Source of the DNA: Promethearchaeia archaeon
GTDB taxonomy: Archaea; Asgardarchaeota; Lokiarchaeia; Sigyniarchaeales; SOKP01
NCBI GenBank assembly: GCA_029856145.1
Contig: JAHQWK010000020.1
Span: 1 to 64,000, forward strand
Direction: 5' to 3'
DNA: 64,000 bases
Under the pieces are notes generated by a model. It was not told where the DNA came from. It saw only the letters and a list, made by a program, of their open reading frames with translations, and made no database searches. Positions within the stretch are counted from its first letter, which is position 1; each line of letters begins with the position of its first letter. Positions 48,659-58,646 of the stretch are shown here, piece by piece. The position numbers and the translations under genes are program-made.

Positions 48659-51600
48659 TTAATTTCCCCTCAATTGTTGGAGAGTTTCACAGATAATAGG
48701 GTCTTGACTCATTTCACATCTAATTTTTAATAGAGAAATTACCCTCTTCTTGATTTTTTCATTTTCATACCTTACTGTTCGACCTAAAATTAATGCAATT
48801 GAACGTTGAGTTATTAAAGAACCTTTACCGCTTAAATTTTGTAAAAGTTTAGTTAATATTCGATTAAGTCCAATTTCCCTTATAATTTCAACAAAACTAT
48901 TAATCATACTGGTTCTAACTTCTTTTGATTCATCCCCTAGTAAGAATATTATTATATCAAGAATCTCTTCAATTTGATTGTTATAAATCCTAATTAATCT
49001 AGCTGAGGCTTCTCTAATTTTAGGATCAGCACTCTTTAAATGTTCATGTAACTTATTAAATGGAATGTGATAACCATTCACTTCTCTGATATCAGATAAT
49101 ATATTTAAAGCAGACCAGCGAACCCAATTTTGTTCATCGCTAAGGAGGGAAATAAGTTTTTCAATAATTTTTTCCTTATCATCGACATGACCAATTATTT
49201 TACCTAAGCTTGATACTGCTGCTTCTCTTACAATCCATTCGTCATCAATTAAAGCAGTATTTATTAAAGCATCAATAACTGATAAAGGAAGTTTATATCC
49301 GATAAATCCTAAAACTTTAACACATGTTTCACGAATAAATGAGTCTTTATCACCAAGTAAATTCAAAGTATCTTTGATTGGAATAATTTCTGGTGAAATT
49401 TTAGCAATTTCTAATAATGATTTGGTTAGAACAATCTTTACTTTTGAATCTTGTTCAGTTAAAGTATGAAAAAATTCCGCTATAAATGGTTTTATTAGTG
49501 AAGGATCTTTTTGAGCTATTTTTGAAATTATACCAGAAGCCTTTTTCTTTACCTGATTATTCTTATCATTTTGTAATATTAAAATGATCGGTTTTACATC
49601 AATATAATCAATGAATTCTTCTATTAATCCATCAATAGATGCAAGGGCGTTTAATCTTACATCGACATCCTCTGCAGCTGAATATTTCAATAATGTTGGA
49701 ATAATATTTCTTGGATCTTTTTTACCTATTTTTATTAATGTTTTTGATATAATTCCCTTTGTTATATATGTTGTAACATCCGGTATTTTAATTAAATTCT
49801 GAATTACTAAATCAGGATTTTTAGTATATTTTTCTGTTAAAATCTCTGAAATATTTTCTCTTAATTCATCATTTTCAAATTTGATATATATGAGAAGAGT
49901 AGTTAATATTTTTTCTGAATTATATTTCCATAGTCCGCCAAGAAGTTTAACAACATTATTTAAAATCTCAAAATTATTTGGATCAACTCTATTAATAATG
50001 ACATTAATATCTAATAATTCAGGCTCTTCTTCAAAATATTTTTCGAGAGTGTTTATAGCTGCTTGTCTTGCTTTTTCATTTGAATCAGTTAAGCCTTCTA
50101 AGAATGGTAGAAGTGGAATATTATTTTTTTTAAAATTACCAATTTTCGCAAGAACATCAAAAATCGATGCTCTTACAGAACTAGATGGATCTTTAATTAA
50201 AGGAATAATTTTAGAAATGATTTTTCGATCAATTTGTTTAAAATTAAGATTTCTTATATTTTTAATTGCTGCAGCACTTATTTTATTATTTATATGAAAG
50301 ATTTTGTCAATTATTAGATCAATAGGAAGCTCGTAGGAACTATCAGCTAAAAAATTAAGAGTCTCAACCACAATTTTACTATTTGGGTCATTTATTAATT
50401 TTTTAATGTTTAAATTAAGAAAGACTTTTTTTTGTTTACTTTTTGATCTGCTTAGAACCTTTAATCCTATTAATCTTAATCTCCATTCTGAATCTTCAAT
50501 GAGATTAAGAATTAGCTCTTTAGGTATCTTTTCTACGAAATTGAGGTCTGCTTTTAAGAGTGTTCTTGCTATAGGGATACTTTTATCGTAATTTGGAGAT
50601 TCTAATGCTTCTACTATCCAAGGTAATACAAACTCCGGAACATCATTTTCCAACTGAACTAAAATTTGGTTACATCTTTTTCTTGAATATTTATTATAAT
50701 CACATATACCATCCAGTAATGAATTTTTAAATTTCCAATCATTAAGAATTGTATTATCTTTTAGTGGAATTCTTTCAAACATCATAATTAAAGTTTCTAC
50801 AGCATGTTTTCTTATCTTAAGATTACGATGCTTTATGAGAGTAAATAGTGGAATAGGATCAAATGTTTGCCCGCATTCTGTAATTTTAGAATGCTTAATA
50901 TTCATTACAAAATCGTTGTTCCTTGCTAAAAAATAATATGAAGTAAAAATTATCAATACTATTTCTTCAATCACCGCCGCCCAAGCAAACTTAATAGAAT
51001 TTAGACTGATTTGGCTAGTAAAAATCCATTCGTTAAAAATATCCTCCAGCATAGTAGGATTTACTATTAAAAAATTAACTAAAACATTAATTCCTATTGA
51101 AGCCATTAAATAGGCAGCAAAATAAATATCAATTCCTCTATATTTTATTTTTCTACCCCAAAAACGAGTGAAATATCCTAATATTCCGAAAAGAAGAGTT
51201 ACAAATACAAAAATTGAAGACATGGTTGATATGGCTAATGTTTCAGTGAAAAAGAAAATTACCGTTTGGAATAATGATATCCATGCCCATACAAATACAA
51301 ATAGCATCAAACCTAATATAATATAATGGCCAGGCTCTGATGTAAATTGTTTCATTCCCCTTTTGCTATCTTCAAAATTTAGAAATATTGATCTTCTAAT
51401 TTCTGGTATATGATAATATGCATTTGAAATACCAGCAATATATCCTTTAGATCCATAAAAAGTTAAAATCATTAGAGGATATACGAGCATCCAAGTTATT
51501 AACACCACAATAAAAGGTAATCCTAGAAAAGTTAGGATAATTGGAGGGAAGATAAATACTAATAGGAAAAAAGTGAAGGCAACTAATACCTTTATAAACT

Positions 51601-52006
51601 TATTCCTTGATATGTTAATGATTCTTGTATTGATAAATTTATGAAAAGGTGTTAATCCTTCATCTGATTCTTTACTTAGTGCAATAAATAGGAAATCAAT
51701 CATAGGATAAAATGAAATATAGGTCAAACAAATACTAAAAGGTATAAGTAGTGCTAAAGGATTGACTTCTGGTGGTATAGTCGGCCAAAAACCAGGTGTA
51801 TTTATAGTAAATATTACAGCAACAGCAAAAACTACCATAATAGATAAACCAAAGATGAGCCCATAAAAGATACATTGAAATCGGTCTTTATTATTAAATT
51901 CACCTTTTTTAACTAATGCGACCTGTCTATATATGATATAGAATCCAATTGAAAAGAATAATAGAAAGACTATAAGAAGAATTATTTCTATTACCAAGAT
52001 TTTCAC
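48659..52006 (-). CDS. Polytopic membrane protein (about 9 TM) fused to a long HEAT-repeat solenoid
   Basis: aa 1-360 hydrophobic helices; aa about 380-1115 repeated D....VR..A units (DSEWRLR, DPSSSVR, DSNEKAR, DDEWIVR, DEQNWVR, DPKIR, DESKEVR). Confidence 0.85.
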   Translation of the reverse strand: MKILVIEIILLIVFLLFFSIGFYIIYRQVALVKKGEFNNKDRFQCIFYGLIFGLSIMVVFAVAVIFTINTPGFWPTIPPEVNPLALLIPFSICLTYISFYPMIDFLFIALSKESDEGLTPFHKFINTRIINISRNKFIKVLVAFTFFLLVFIFPPIILTFLGLPFIVVLITWMLVYPLMILTFYGSKGYIAGISNAYYHIPEIRRSIFLNFEDSKRGMKQFTSEPGHYIILGLMLFVFVWAWISLFQTVIFFFTETLAISTMSSIFVFVTLLFGILGYFTRFWGRKIKYRGIDIYFAAYLMASIGINVLVNFLIVNPTMLEDIFNEWIFTSQISLNSIKFAWAAVIEEIVLIIFTSYYFLARNNDFVMNIKHSKITECGQTFDPIPLFTLIKHRNLKIRKHAVETLIMMFERIPLKDNTILNDWKFKNSLLDGICDYNKYSRKRCNQILVQLENDVPEFVLPWIVEALESPNYDKSIPIARTLLKADLNFVEKIPKELILNLIEDSEWRLRLIGLKVLSRSKSKQKKVFLNLNIKKLINDPNSKIVVETLNFLADSSYELPIDLIIDKIFHINNKISAAAIKNIRNLNFKQIDRKIISKIIPLIKDPSSSVRASIFDVLAKIGNFKKNNIPLLPFLEGLTDSNEKARQAAINTLEKYFEEEPELLDINVIINRVDPNNFEILNNVVKLLGGLWKYNSEKILTTLLIYIKFENDELRENISEILTEKYTKNPDLVIQNLIKIPDVTTYITKGIISKTLIKIGKKDPRNIIPTLLKYSAAEDVDVRLNALASIDGLIEEFIDYIDVKPIILILQNDKNNQVKKKASGIISKIAQKDPSLIKPFIAEFFHTLTEQDSKVKIVLTKSLLEIAKISPEIIPIKDTLNLLGDKDSFIRETCVKVLGFIGYKLPLSVIDALINTALIDDEWIVREAAVSSLGKIIGHVDDKEKIIEKLISLLSDEQNWVRWSALNILSDIREVNGYHIPFNKLHEHLKSADPKIREASARLIRIYNNQIEEILDIIIFLLGDESKEVRTSMINSFVEIIREIGLNRILTKLLQNLSGKGSLITQRSIALILGRTVRYENEKIKKRVISLLKIRCEMSQDPIICETLQQLRGN

Positions 52007-52100
52007 GAAGTTTTTATTTTATTAATTAAATAATAGTATGTTTATTTCTCTTGTATTACATTTGTATATTATATAAAGACTTATTAATATATTAAATCTG

Positions 52101-52661
52101 GTGTATTTTTTATTGGAATTAATTAAAGAAAGCTTTTCTAATTCGTTAATACGGTTAAACTTTATTTTTCTAAACGAAATAGTCGTTACTGAATGCATAA
52201 AGAATTTTGAAGGTTTTTCTCTATTAGGAAAATCTTTTGGTCCCTTCGAGGAAGGTAAAAAATATAAACTAAAGCTATTTTCTGCCATTCCCTTCATTGA
52301 AAAAGGCATATTACAAGTGGCTTTGACAGCTAAATGTGATAATATTGATGTTCAACGATATGCTATAGAAGAAAGAGATGATTCAATGCTAATAAAAAGA
52401 TCTAATAAATTTTTTTTAAACAAAATAAGAGAATTCAAGAGATTCATGGAAAATGAAATAACTAAAAATCATAAACCAAAAATAGATTTAGATAGATATC
52501 ATTCATATACATCAAATATCATTGATAGCCGGTTATTTAAACTATTAAAACTATCTATGGCTGAATTATCATTAGAGGATGAATCGAGATTAACGAATTC
52601 TGAAAAAGTGCTTTATAAAAATTTATACAAACTCATTAAAATATGGAGAGGTTTCTTTTAA
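52101..52661 (+). CDS. gins23: GINS23 (Psf2/Psf3-like) replication factor
   Basis: N-terminal B-domain GPFEEGKKYKLKLFSAIPFIEKG followed by a helical A-domain ending LTNSEKVLY...WR; close to mcm. Confidence 0.65.
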   Translation: MYFLLELIKESFSNSLIRLNFIFLNEIVVTECIKNFEGFSLLGKSFGPFEEGKKYKLKLFSAIPFIEKGILQVALTAKCDNIDVQRYAIEERDDSMLIKRSNKFFLNKIREFKRFMENEITKNHKPKIDLDRYHSYTSNIIDSRLFKLLKLSMAELSLEDESRLTNSEKVLYKNLYKLIKIWRGFF

Positions 52662-52680
52662 TTTCAGGTTACTGTAAAAA

Positions 52681-53358
52681 TTAGAGTTGTATTTGTTTCG
52701 TTCCATATTTCTTAAAGTATTCTTTAATATGGTTTGTGATTTCTTGATTCATGTCTAAATGGGGTAATAATTCAATTGCATTGCTCATTGCATAATATGG
52801 GATATTATGCTGTGAGATAATCTCTTTTACACTTTTTCCATCATCTCTTAATTCATTTCTATTAGTTAACCCAATACTAGCTATAATATTTATATCTAAC
52901 TCACTTAATTTTTGAATGGTGTTGATTAAAGATCCCCCAGTAGTTGTAACATCCTCAAGAATAACAACATCTCCTTTAGGTATACCTATAAATATCCTGT
53001 CTTTAGGATCTCCATGTTCTTTTTGTTTACCTCTACCCATTGAGAGAGGATAATTTCCCGAATTATAATTTTTTTGTTTTTTTGCCCATTTAAATTGGGT
53101 AATAATACCTAATTTTGTAGCTCCCTCTGGAACACCATAAAAACATTTGGGATTTAAACCTAAGTAATTAATAAATGAAATAATATAATCTGTTAATTTA
53201 TCGAGTAAGGAGGCATCTGAAGTTATATTCCTCCAATTTACATACCAATAAGATAGCCTTCCAGAGTTAAGTTTTATTGGTTCATCAAAAAAGCCAATTA
53301 CATTATGAGTTTTTATAAATTCATTGAAACTCTCTTGGGTCCACATCATAAAAATCAA
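52681..53358 (-). CDS. pyrE: Orotate phosphoribosyltransferase-like protein
   Basis: LNSGRLSYWY, KEHG and VILEDVTTTGGS (PRPP-binding motif). Confidence 0.85.
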   Translation of the reverse strand: MIFMMWTQESFNEFIKTHNVIGFFDEPIKLNSGRLSYWYVNWRNITSDASLLDKLTDYIISFINYLGLNPKCFYGVPEGATKLGIITQFKWAKKQKNYNSGNYPLSMGRGKQKEHGDPKDRIFIGIPKGDVVILEDVTTTGGSLINTIQKLSELDINIIASIGLTNRNELRDDGKSVKEIISQHNIPYYAMSNAIELLPHLDMNQEITNHIKEYFKKYGTKQIQL

Positions 53359-53436
53359 TTTTAGTATAGAATTAAATTTTTTTAAAAGAAATAGTTTTCA
53401 ATTCTATTAATTTTTATTTATTACTTATTTTCTGGT

Positions 53437-53826
53437 TCATTCTTTGATATTCACAAGAATTTTCCGAGCTTGCGATGCTATTTTTTTATCAGTCTGTTTT
53501 GTTAAATTTTCTAGCAAATTTTGAATTGGCATAACAGCTCTAGAATTGGTTTCTGAAAGTTCTTCAAAAATAGAAAGGGTAGAGAGAATTTCTCCTTGGT
53601 TGGACCCTTCAAGAATTTGTTTAATTTTAGGAATAGCAGTTTTATTCAAAATTTCATTGAGATATTTTGAAATTTCTGCTTCTGCTTTAGCGTCTCTATA
53701 AGATCTTAGTTTGTTACTTCTAATATATTCAACAAAAATAAAGGGCATTTCGATTGACCATTCTTGTATTTTTTCCAATTCAATTAATTGAATTACGCCA
53801 CCGTCATCTTTATAAAAAAACTTCAT
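53437..53826 (-). CDS. Small hypothetical protein with HEAT-like C-terminus, translationally coupled to top6A
   Basis: ATG at 53826 overlaps the top6A TGA (ATGA); AIPKIKQIL...LLENLTKQTDKKIASQARKIL resembles HEAT repeats. Confidence 0.7.
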   Translation of the reverse strand: MKFFYKDDGGVIQLIELEKIQEWSIEMPFIFVEYIRSNKLRSYRDAKAEAEISKYLNEILNKTAIPKIKQILEGSNQGEILSTLSIFEELSETNSRAVMPIQNLLENLTKQTDKKIASQARKILVNIKE

Positions 53827-55004
53827 ATCCAATCACCGGTGGTTAATTTTTCAGGTAAATATTTTTCTGTTAAAAACTCAAAACCATGAGTTGAAAGAGC
53901 CTGAATTTCTGCTTTGACATTTTCTTTAAGAGATAATTTAAGGTCTTCCTCCCAGGCTTTATTCCTTTTAACAAACTCTTCATTTAATAAATCTTTAATG
54001 CGTTTGACATCTACTTTTTCTAATTTCAACCTAGCAACTTCCGGAATTTTATATTTATCCAAATCACGTGTTAAAACTCCAAGAAGTTTTATATCTGGTG
54101 TTGCTAAAAAGGGAGATTCATAACTTAATCGTTTTGAACCCCTTAAATAAACTGAATGTATATAATGGCCATAAGGGTCGCTATCAACTAAACTAAAAAC
54201 TGGAAGATTTAGTTCCTTGTTTAAACGTTTTAAAAACATTCGGGTTGCTATGTCTCCTACACCTCCTGCTGTTAAAAGGATACAAGGGTATTTACGCCAA
54301 AATCTATCCTCAGCAAACCGCATCATTGCAGCTTCTTTTTCTATCGCTAAAATAAATTCTGCATCCGATTCAATTATTTCAATATTGTCTAGAAATGGAG
54401 ATATTCTCCAACCTCCGCTTCCTAATCCTTCAAGATCAATGATATCAGTTTTGTCTCTAATCCTAAGTCGTCCTATACAAGTTCCATTTGCTGTAGCGAC
54501 AATATGGGTTGAATTTCTTGTAGTATAAAGCATAATTGCTGCGTCTTCAATACTTTTATCACTAACCTTTTGCTCATTAAATAATTTAACGTCTGTATAG
54601 TATACTTCTCTTTTAGTTGCATGTAAATCTTTTACTAATAATTCATGAATAATTTCAAGGATCCGCATTAATCTAGTAATATCAGCAACACTTGTAAGAG
54701 TGTGGAATTGCTTTTCTTGAAGTTGTTGACCTAGGAGTAACAAATCGTTCTCTTCATCCCAAATGATATTTGAACTCGATCTAGAAGGTAATTGTATTGA
54801 TGGTCTTCCTGTTTTATTTATTTGATCTATTACATCATCAATAAGTTTATATAACCTATCTAGAGCATTTTTTCTATTAAGATCATCGATCTTTACTGTG
54901 TTTTCGGGAAGTTGGACTTGCTTTTTTTCTGTTCCTTTATTTAAATATTCGTTAAATAGTTCTTTTGCTGCTTTTAAATCATAACTAATTTGTTTTTTGG
55001 CCAT
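53823..55004 (-). CDS. top6A: DNA topoisomerase VI subunit A (Spo11-like)
   Basis: TKREVYY (catalytic Tyr), IEKEA, DSDPYG (Toprim DxD) and KAEIQAL. Confidence 0.96.
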   Translation of the reverse strand: MAKKQISYDLKAAKELFNEYLNKGTEKKQVQLPENTVKIDDLNRKNALDRLYKLIDDVIDQINKTGRPSIQLPSRSSSNIIWDEENDLLLLGQQLQEKQFHTLTSVADITRLMRILEIIHELLVKDLHATKREVYYTDVKLFNEQKVSDKSIEDAAIMLYTTRNSTHIVATANGTCIGRLRIRDKTDIIDLEGLGSGGWRISPFLDNIEIIESDAEFILAIEKEAAMMRFAEDRFWRKYPCILLTAGGVGDIATRMFLKRLNKELNLPVFSLVDSDPYGHYIHSVYLRGSKRLSYESPFLATPDIKLLGVLTRDLDKYKIPEVARLKLEKVDVKRIKDLLNEEFVKRNKAWEEDLKLSLKENVKAEIQALSTHGFEFLTEKYLPEKLTTGDWI

Positions 55005-55017
55005 ATTATTTACCTAA

Positions 55018-58000
55018 TTATTTTTTTAATTTCCATTGTCTTTTACCCATTTTTGATTCAACTAGAACTTTTTCTTTACGTTCTAATTCCTTGAGTTTAA
55101 GCTGGAGATATCGGGCATCCATCATATCTTTAATTTTTAATTTGAAAATGAGATGCTTAATAGTTTGCCATTCATCAGATAAAACATTTAATATTTTTTC
55201 AGTTGTTATGATAGGTAATGTAGTTTGTTTTTGTTTTGGGGGTACTGGTTTATGTATAGGTGGAGTCTTTTTAGGAGTTACCTTACTTGGCGTTTTTCCT
55301 TTAGAAATTGGCAATTGCACTTGTTTTACAGGTATAGTATAGGGACTAACTTTAACTGGTTCTGGAGGTTTTAATTCTATTGGTTTTACTTCAATAGGTT
55401 TTTTATATGATTCTATAATTTTGCCAATAATAACTGTTTTTGTGTCTTTAGATAATAGGCTAATATTATAATCATTACAATATTCAATTAATTCGGTTTT
55501 TGTCCAATTTTTAAGTGTTTTCTCAGTGAATAATTCTTTTTTAGTTTCAACTTTCTTAGCAACTGGTTGTAATTCAGAGGGTTTTTCTATCACTTTTTCC
55601 TTTTTAATAGCAGTTTCTTTAATTTCTCTTGCTTCTGAAGATTTCACAACAGGCGTAGGTTTTTTACCTATTGCGTTCCTCATTAAATCTTCCAATTCTT
55701 TTTTGTCAAGCTTAGATTTATGTATACTCTCACCTTGAGACGCAATATTATATAGGCTGTTAACAAATATTGGTATATATTTTTCTATTAGGCTAGCTCT
55801 CTTTTCGCTTTTACGAAGATTTGCTTTTCTATTGAGATATATTCTTAATCTTCTTCCTATTGCTTCAAGGCAAAACTTAATTTCTTTTATTAAATTTTCA
55901 TCATCAGCCAATGCGTTTTTTGATTGGGATTTAAACATTAAATGCACAAAAGGTCCAGAAACATTAACTAATAATTTTATTGGTCCTTTTGGCAAGCTAT
56001 TATCATAAGTATCAAGGTTGTAGTTTTTCCAATTAACTGCTTGAACTGCTTTTGTGATAGCGCAATCTGCACTATCTCTTAATTTCGGTGTTCTATTTAC
56101 AAATCTAGATAAAACATCCCTAGACCGTTTGGGAACTTCTAAATTTCTTGAATAAGCCAGTACAGCTTCTACAACATAAGCTAAACCTTTTCCACTTGTG
56201 GGTGCTCTTGTTTCTGCTGCTACAAAATCATCATCCTTCGTATAGTTTTCAATGAAATATTCAAATACACCATGGTAGGTATCTATAGAATCTATGTCAG
56301 AGTAAGTGAGAAGATCATCAATAACTTGTTTTACTTGCTGTTGATCCGTTATTTCATCAACGATATCAATGGTTCCCAATATCTCTGAACCTAAATTAAT
56401 GACCTCTTCTGGATTTATTGAAATGTTAATGATTGCATCATCATCAATCTTGATCCCTTCTTCTAATAACGTTCTCTTTTTGTCTTCATGTAATAATTCA
56501 AATATCTGATTAATTTTATCAACGGGTCCAGCAAAGTCATCTATATTTTCTGAAATTCTTAATCCAATTTCTTTAATTAAAGTATTCTCCAGAGTTGAGC
56601 CCCCTACTGGAATTGCTGTGTCCGTTGGAGGAGCCATATACTTGATAGATTTAAACGCTAGGAATAGAGAATTAAACTGTTCTTTTGTTAATTCAATAGG
56701 TTTAACTTTAGATATAAGGACTTTATTAATAAGATCTTCAAAATCTGTTCTGTTTTTTAACTTTTTTAACTCAATCAATCCTTCTTTTGAGTCTTTAAAC
56801 AATGTGTTTAAATCTACTTTAATTTTATCCTTTTGATTTCTAATATCATCTATCTCTTTCAATAATTTTTTAATTTCTCTTTCAATATTCTTTATTTCTT
56901 TTTGAGTTTCAGTTTTTTCAATACGTTTATTTAGTTTCTTTATTTCTTTGTTTATTTTTTCGTAATCTTTATTGGATTTATTGTAATTAGTGATTAATTT
57001 CCAATAATTTTCTTTTAGATCTTCTGATGCGACTTGATAAATAATTAATTTATCTCTCGGTTTATCAGAACGACCGAAAACCCGTTTTTCATTTATCATA
57101 AAGTTTATTGTATCTGTCTTTTTCTGTGCTAAATTCACAAATCCCTCTTTTAGAATAAGTAAATTTAATCGGTCCTGAAGATCTCTTTCAGCAATATAAA
57201 TAATTTCTTTAGCTGTTTTTGAACTCATTCTTACAAAATTATCTTGTAAAAATGCAGAAATTGATTTATTTTCTGATTTTGTAATTAAATCTTGTAGGTC
57301 CCCTATATTAACTGAGGAAGGATGAGACTTAGCATATTTAGGTTCGTCTGGGAAAGAAGTTGCTAATCTTCGGTAAATTTTCTCCTTTCCCTCTGGATCA
57401 ATATAAATAATTGTCACATGAGGATTCATAAATGCAGTTTCTTCAATATATTTCTCAACATAACCTCTGACATATTTTACATTTAAATAATTCAATTTAA
57501 TATAAGTACCATGAAGAAAAAAGCTGTCAATATCTGTTGGATGAATTAAATACTTTTTCTCATTTTTAGATGTGGTAAAAAATTCTGTTACTGTAGCATA
57601 AACATTGTCAATTGATTTTGATACTGTGATAATAGGTTTACCAGTTGTATTTTGAGCATCGCTAAACGCGCTTGGGGCTCCAAATCCTTGACTACCTCTA
57701 GTTTGCTTTAATTCCATAGATTTTGATGAGGCGAGATATTTTCCAAATTTTCTTAGATCAATTTTTGACATTCCAGTCCCATTATCGAAAATTTCAAAAG
57801 TATAACTCATGATATTTTTCTGACTGATTTCAGACGTTAAAAAAGATTGTGCTTCATATTCTCTAATACGAACCCCCACTATTGGTTCTACATCAATGAT
57901 ATATTCAACGGGTTTAATGATTTCTTGCATATCATCTATTATTCTTCTAACTTCTTCTTCTACTTCCAATTCTTCTTTATCACTTATTTCTCCAGATTCT

Positions 58001-58371
58001 TCCTCTTTTTCTTCTGGCACTTGAATACTAGATTGGTCTGGTTCAACAGATTCAATACCTAATTCCTGCATTAACGTATGTTTTGCTTCATTATTTAAAG
58101 TTTGAGATTTTTTTTCTTCTTTTACTGTTTCAAGTATAGAAAATTTTTCTAAAAATAATTCTTGGTCTAATGAAAATTTAATTTTGGAATCTGGTTTTTT
58201 CAATTCTTTCCATTGAAAACTTTCGATGGCATCTAAGGCATTATCAATAAATTCAGCACAATATTGAACATGTTTCCAATAGCCAAATTCGAAACCAACT
58301 AGTTGAGTCCGCTTACGCATAAACTCAGCTATTGTTCCTTGCTTTATTTTTCCTTCTTCTTTTGAAGTAAT
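55018..58371 (-). CDS. top6B: DNA topoisomerase VI subunit B with several large insertions and C-terminal DNA-binding-like domains; probable ATT start at 58371
   Basis: IAEFMRKRTQLVGF, EFIDNALDA, DNGTGM and RGSQGFG (GHKL); MAPPTD; RFVNRTP; FKSQSK; directly upstream of top6A. Confidence 0.92.
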   Translation of the reverse strand: MTSKEEGKIKQGTIAEFMRKRTQLVGFEFGYWKHVQYCAEFIDNALDAIESFQWKELKKPDSKIKFSLDQELFLEKFSILETVKEEKKSQTLNNEAKHTLMQELGIESVEPDQSSIQVPEEKEEESGEISDKEELEVEEEVRRIIDDMQEIIKPVEYIIDVEPIVGVRIREYEAQSFLTSEISQKNIMSYTFEIFDNGTGMSKIDLRKFGKYLASSKSMELKQTRGSQGFGAPSAFSDAQNTTGKPIITVSKSIDNVYATVTEFFTTSKNEKKYLIHPTDIDSFFLHGTYIKLNYLNVKYVRGYVEKYIEETAFMNPHVTIIYIDPEGKEKIYRRLATSFPDEPKYAKSHPSSVNIGDLQDLITKSENKSISAFLQDNFVRMSSKTAKEIIYIAERDLQDRLNLLILKEGFVNLAQKKTDTINFMINEKRVFGRSDKPRDKLIIYQVASEDLKENYWKLITNYNKSNKDYEKINKEIKKLNKRIEKTETQKEIKNIEREIKKLLKEIDDIRNQKDKIKVDLNTLFKDSKEGLIELKKLKNRTDFEDLINKVLISKVKPIELTKEQFNSLFLAFKSIKYMAPPTDTAIPVGGSTLENTLIKEIGLRISENIDDFAGPVDKINQIFELLHEDKKRTLLEEGIKIDDDAIINISINPEEVINLGSEILGTIDIVDEITDQQQVKQVIDDLLTYSDIDSIDTYHGVFEYFIENYTKDDDFVAAETRAPTSGKGLAYVVEAVLAYSRNLEVPKRSRDVLSRFVNRTPKLRDSADCAITKAVQAVNWKNYNLDTYDNSLPKGPIKLLVNVSGPFVHLMFKSQSKNALADDENLIKEIKFCLEAIGRRLRIYLNRKANLRKSEKRASLIEKYIPIFVNSLYNIASQGESIHKSKLDKKELEDLMRNAIGKKPTPVVKSSEAREIKETAIKKEKVIEKPSELQPVAKKVETKKELFTEKTLKNWTKTELIEYCNDYNISLLSKDTKTVIIGKIIESYKKPIEVKPIELKPPEPVKVSPYTIPVKQVQLPISKGKTPSKVTPKKTPPIHKPVPPKQKQTTLPIITTEKILNVLSDEWQTIKHLIFKLKIKDMMDARYLQLKLKELERKEKVLVESKMGKRQWKLKK

Positions 58372-58646
58372 TTTGGACGCACTCGTATGATTAATTCTTC
58401 ATTTAACATTATTACAACAATCTATAAATATATATACATCTATTAGTAAATTAATTGACAAAACTATAAGATATTATATATATATCTTAATTCCATAGTT
58501 TTCAATTATCTACTCGAACTTTACAATATTATTCACTGTTTACAGTAAATAAACTAATATTTAAATATTTTCATCAGATTTTAAATCATAAAAATAAGTA
58601 AGTATACATCCGAAAAAAATTTTCAAAAATCCATTTAAACTTAATT

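Noticed and set aside
55018-58320. Inteins as the explanation for the long Top6B (MCM also checked)
   Set aside because: No C/S-start...HN-C/S/T splice junctions or LAGLIDADG motifs; MCM is normal length
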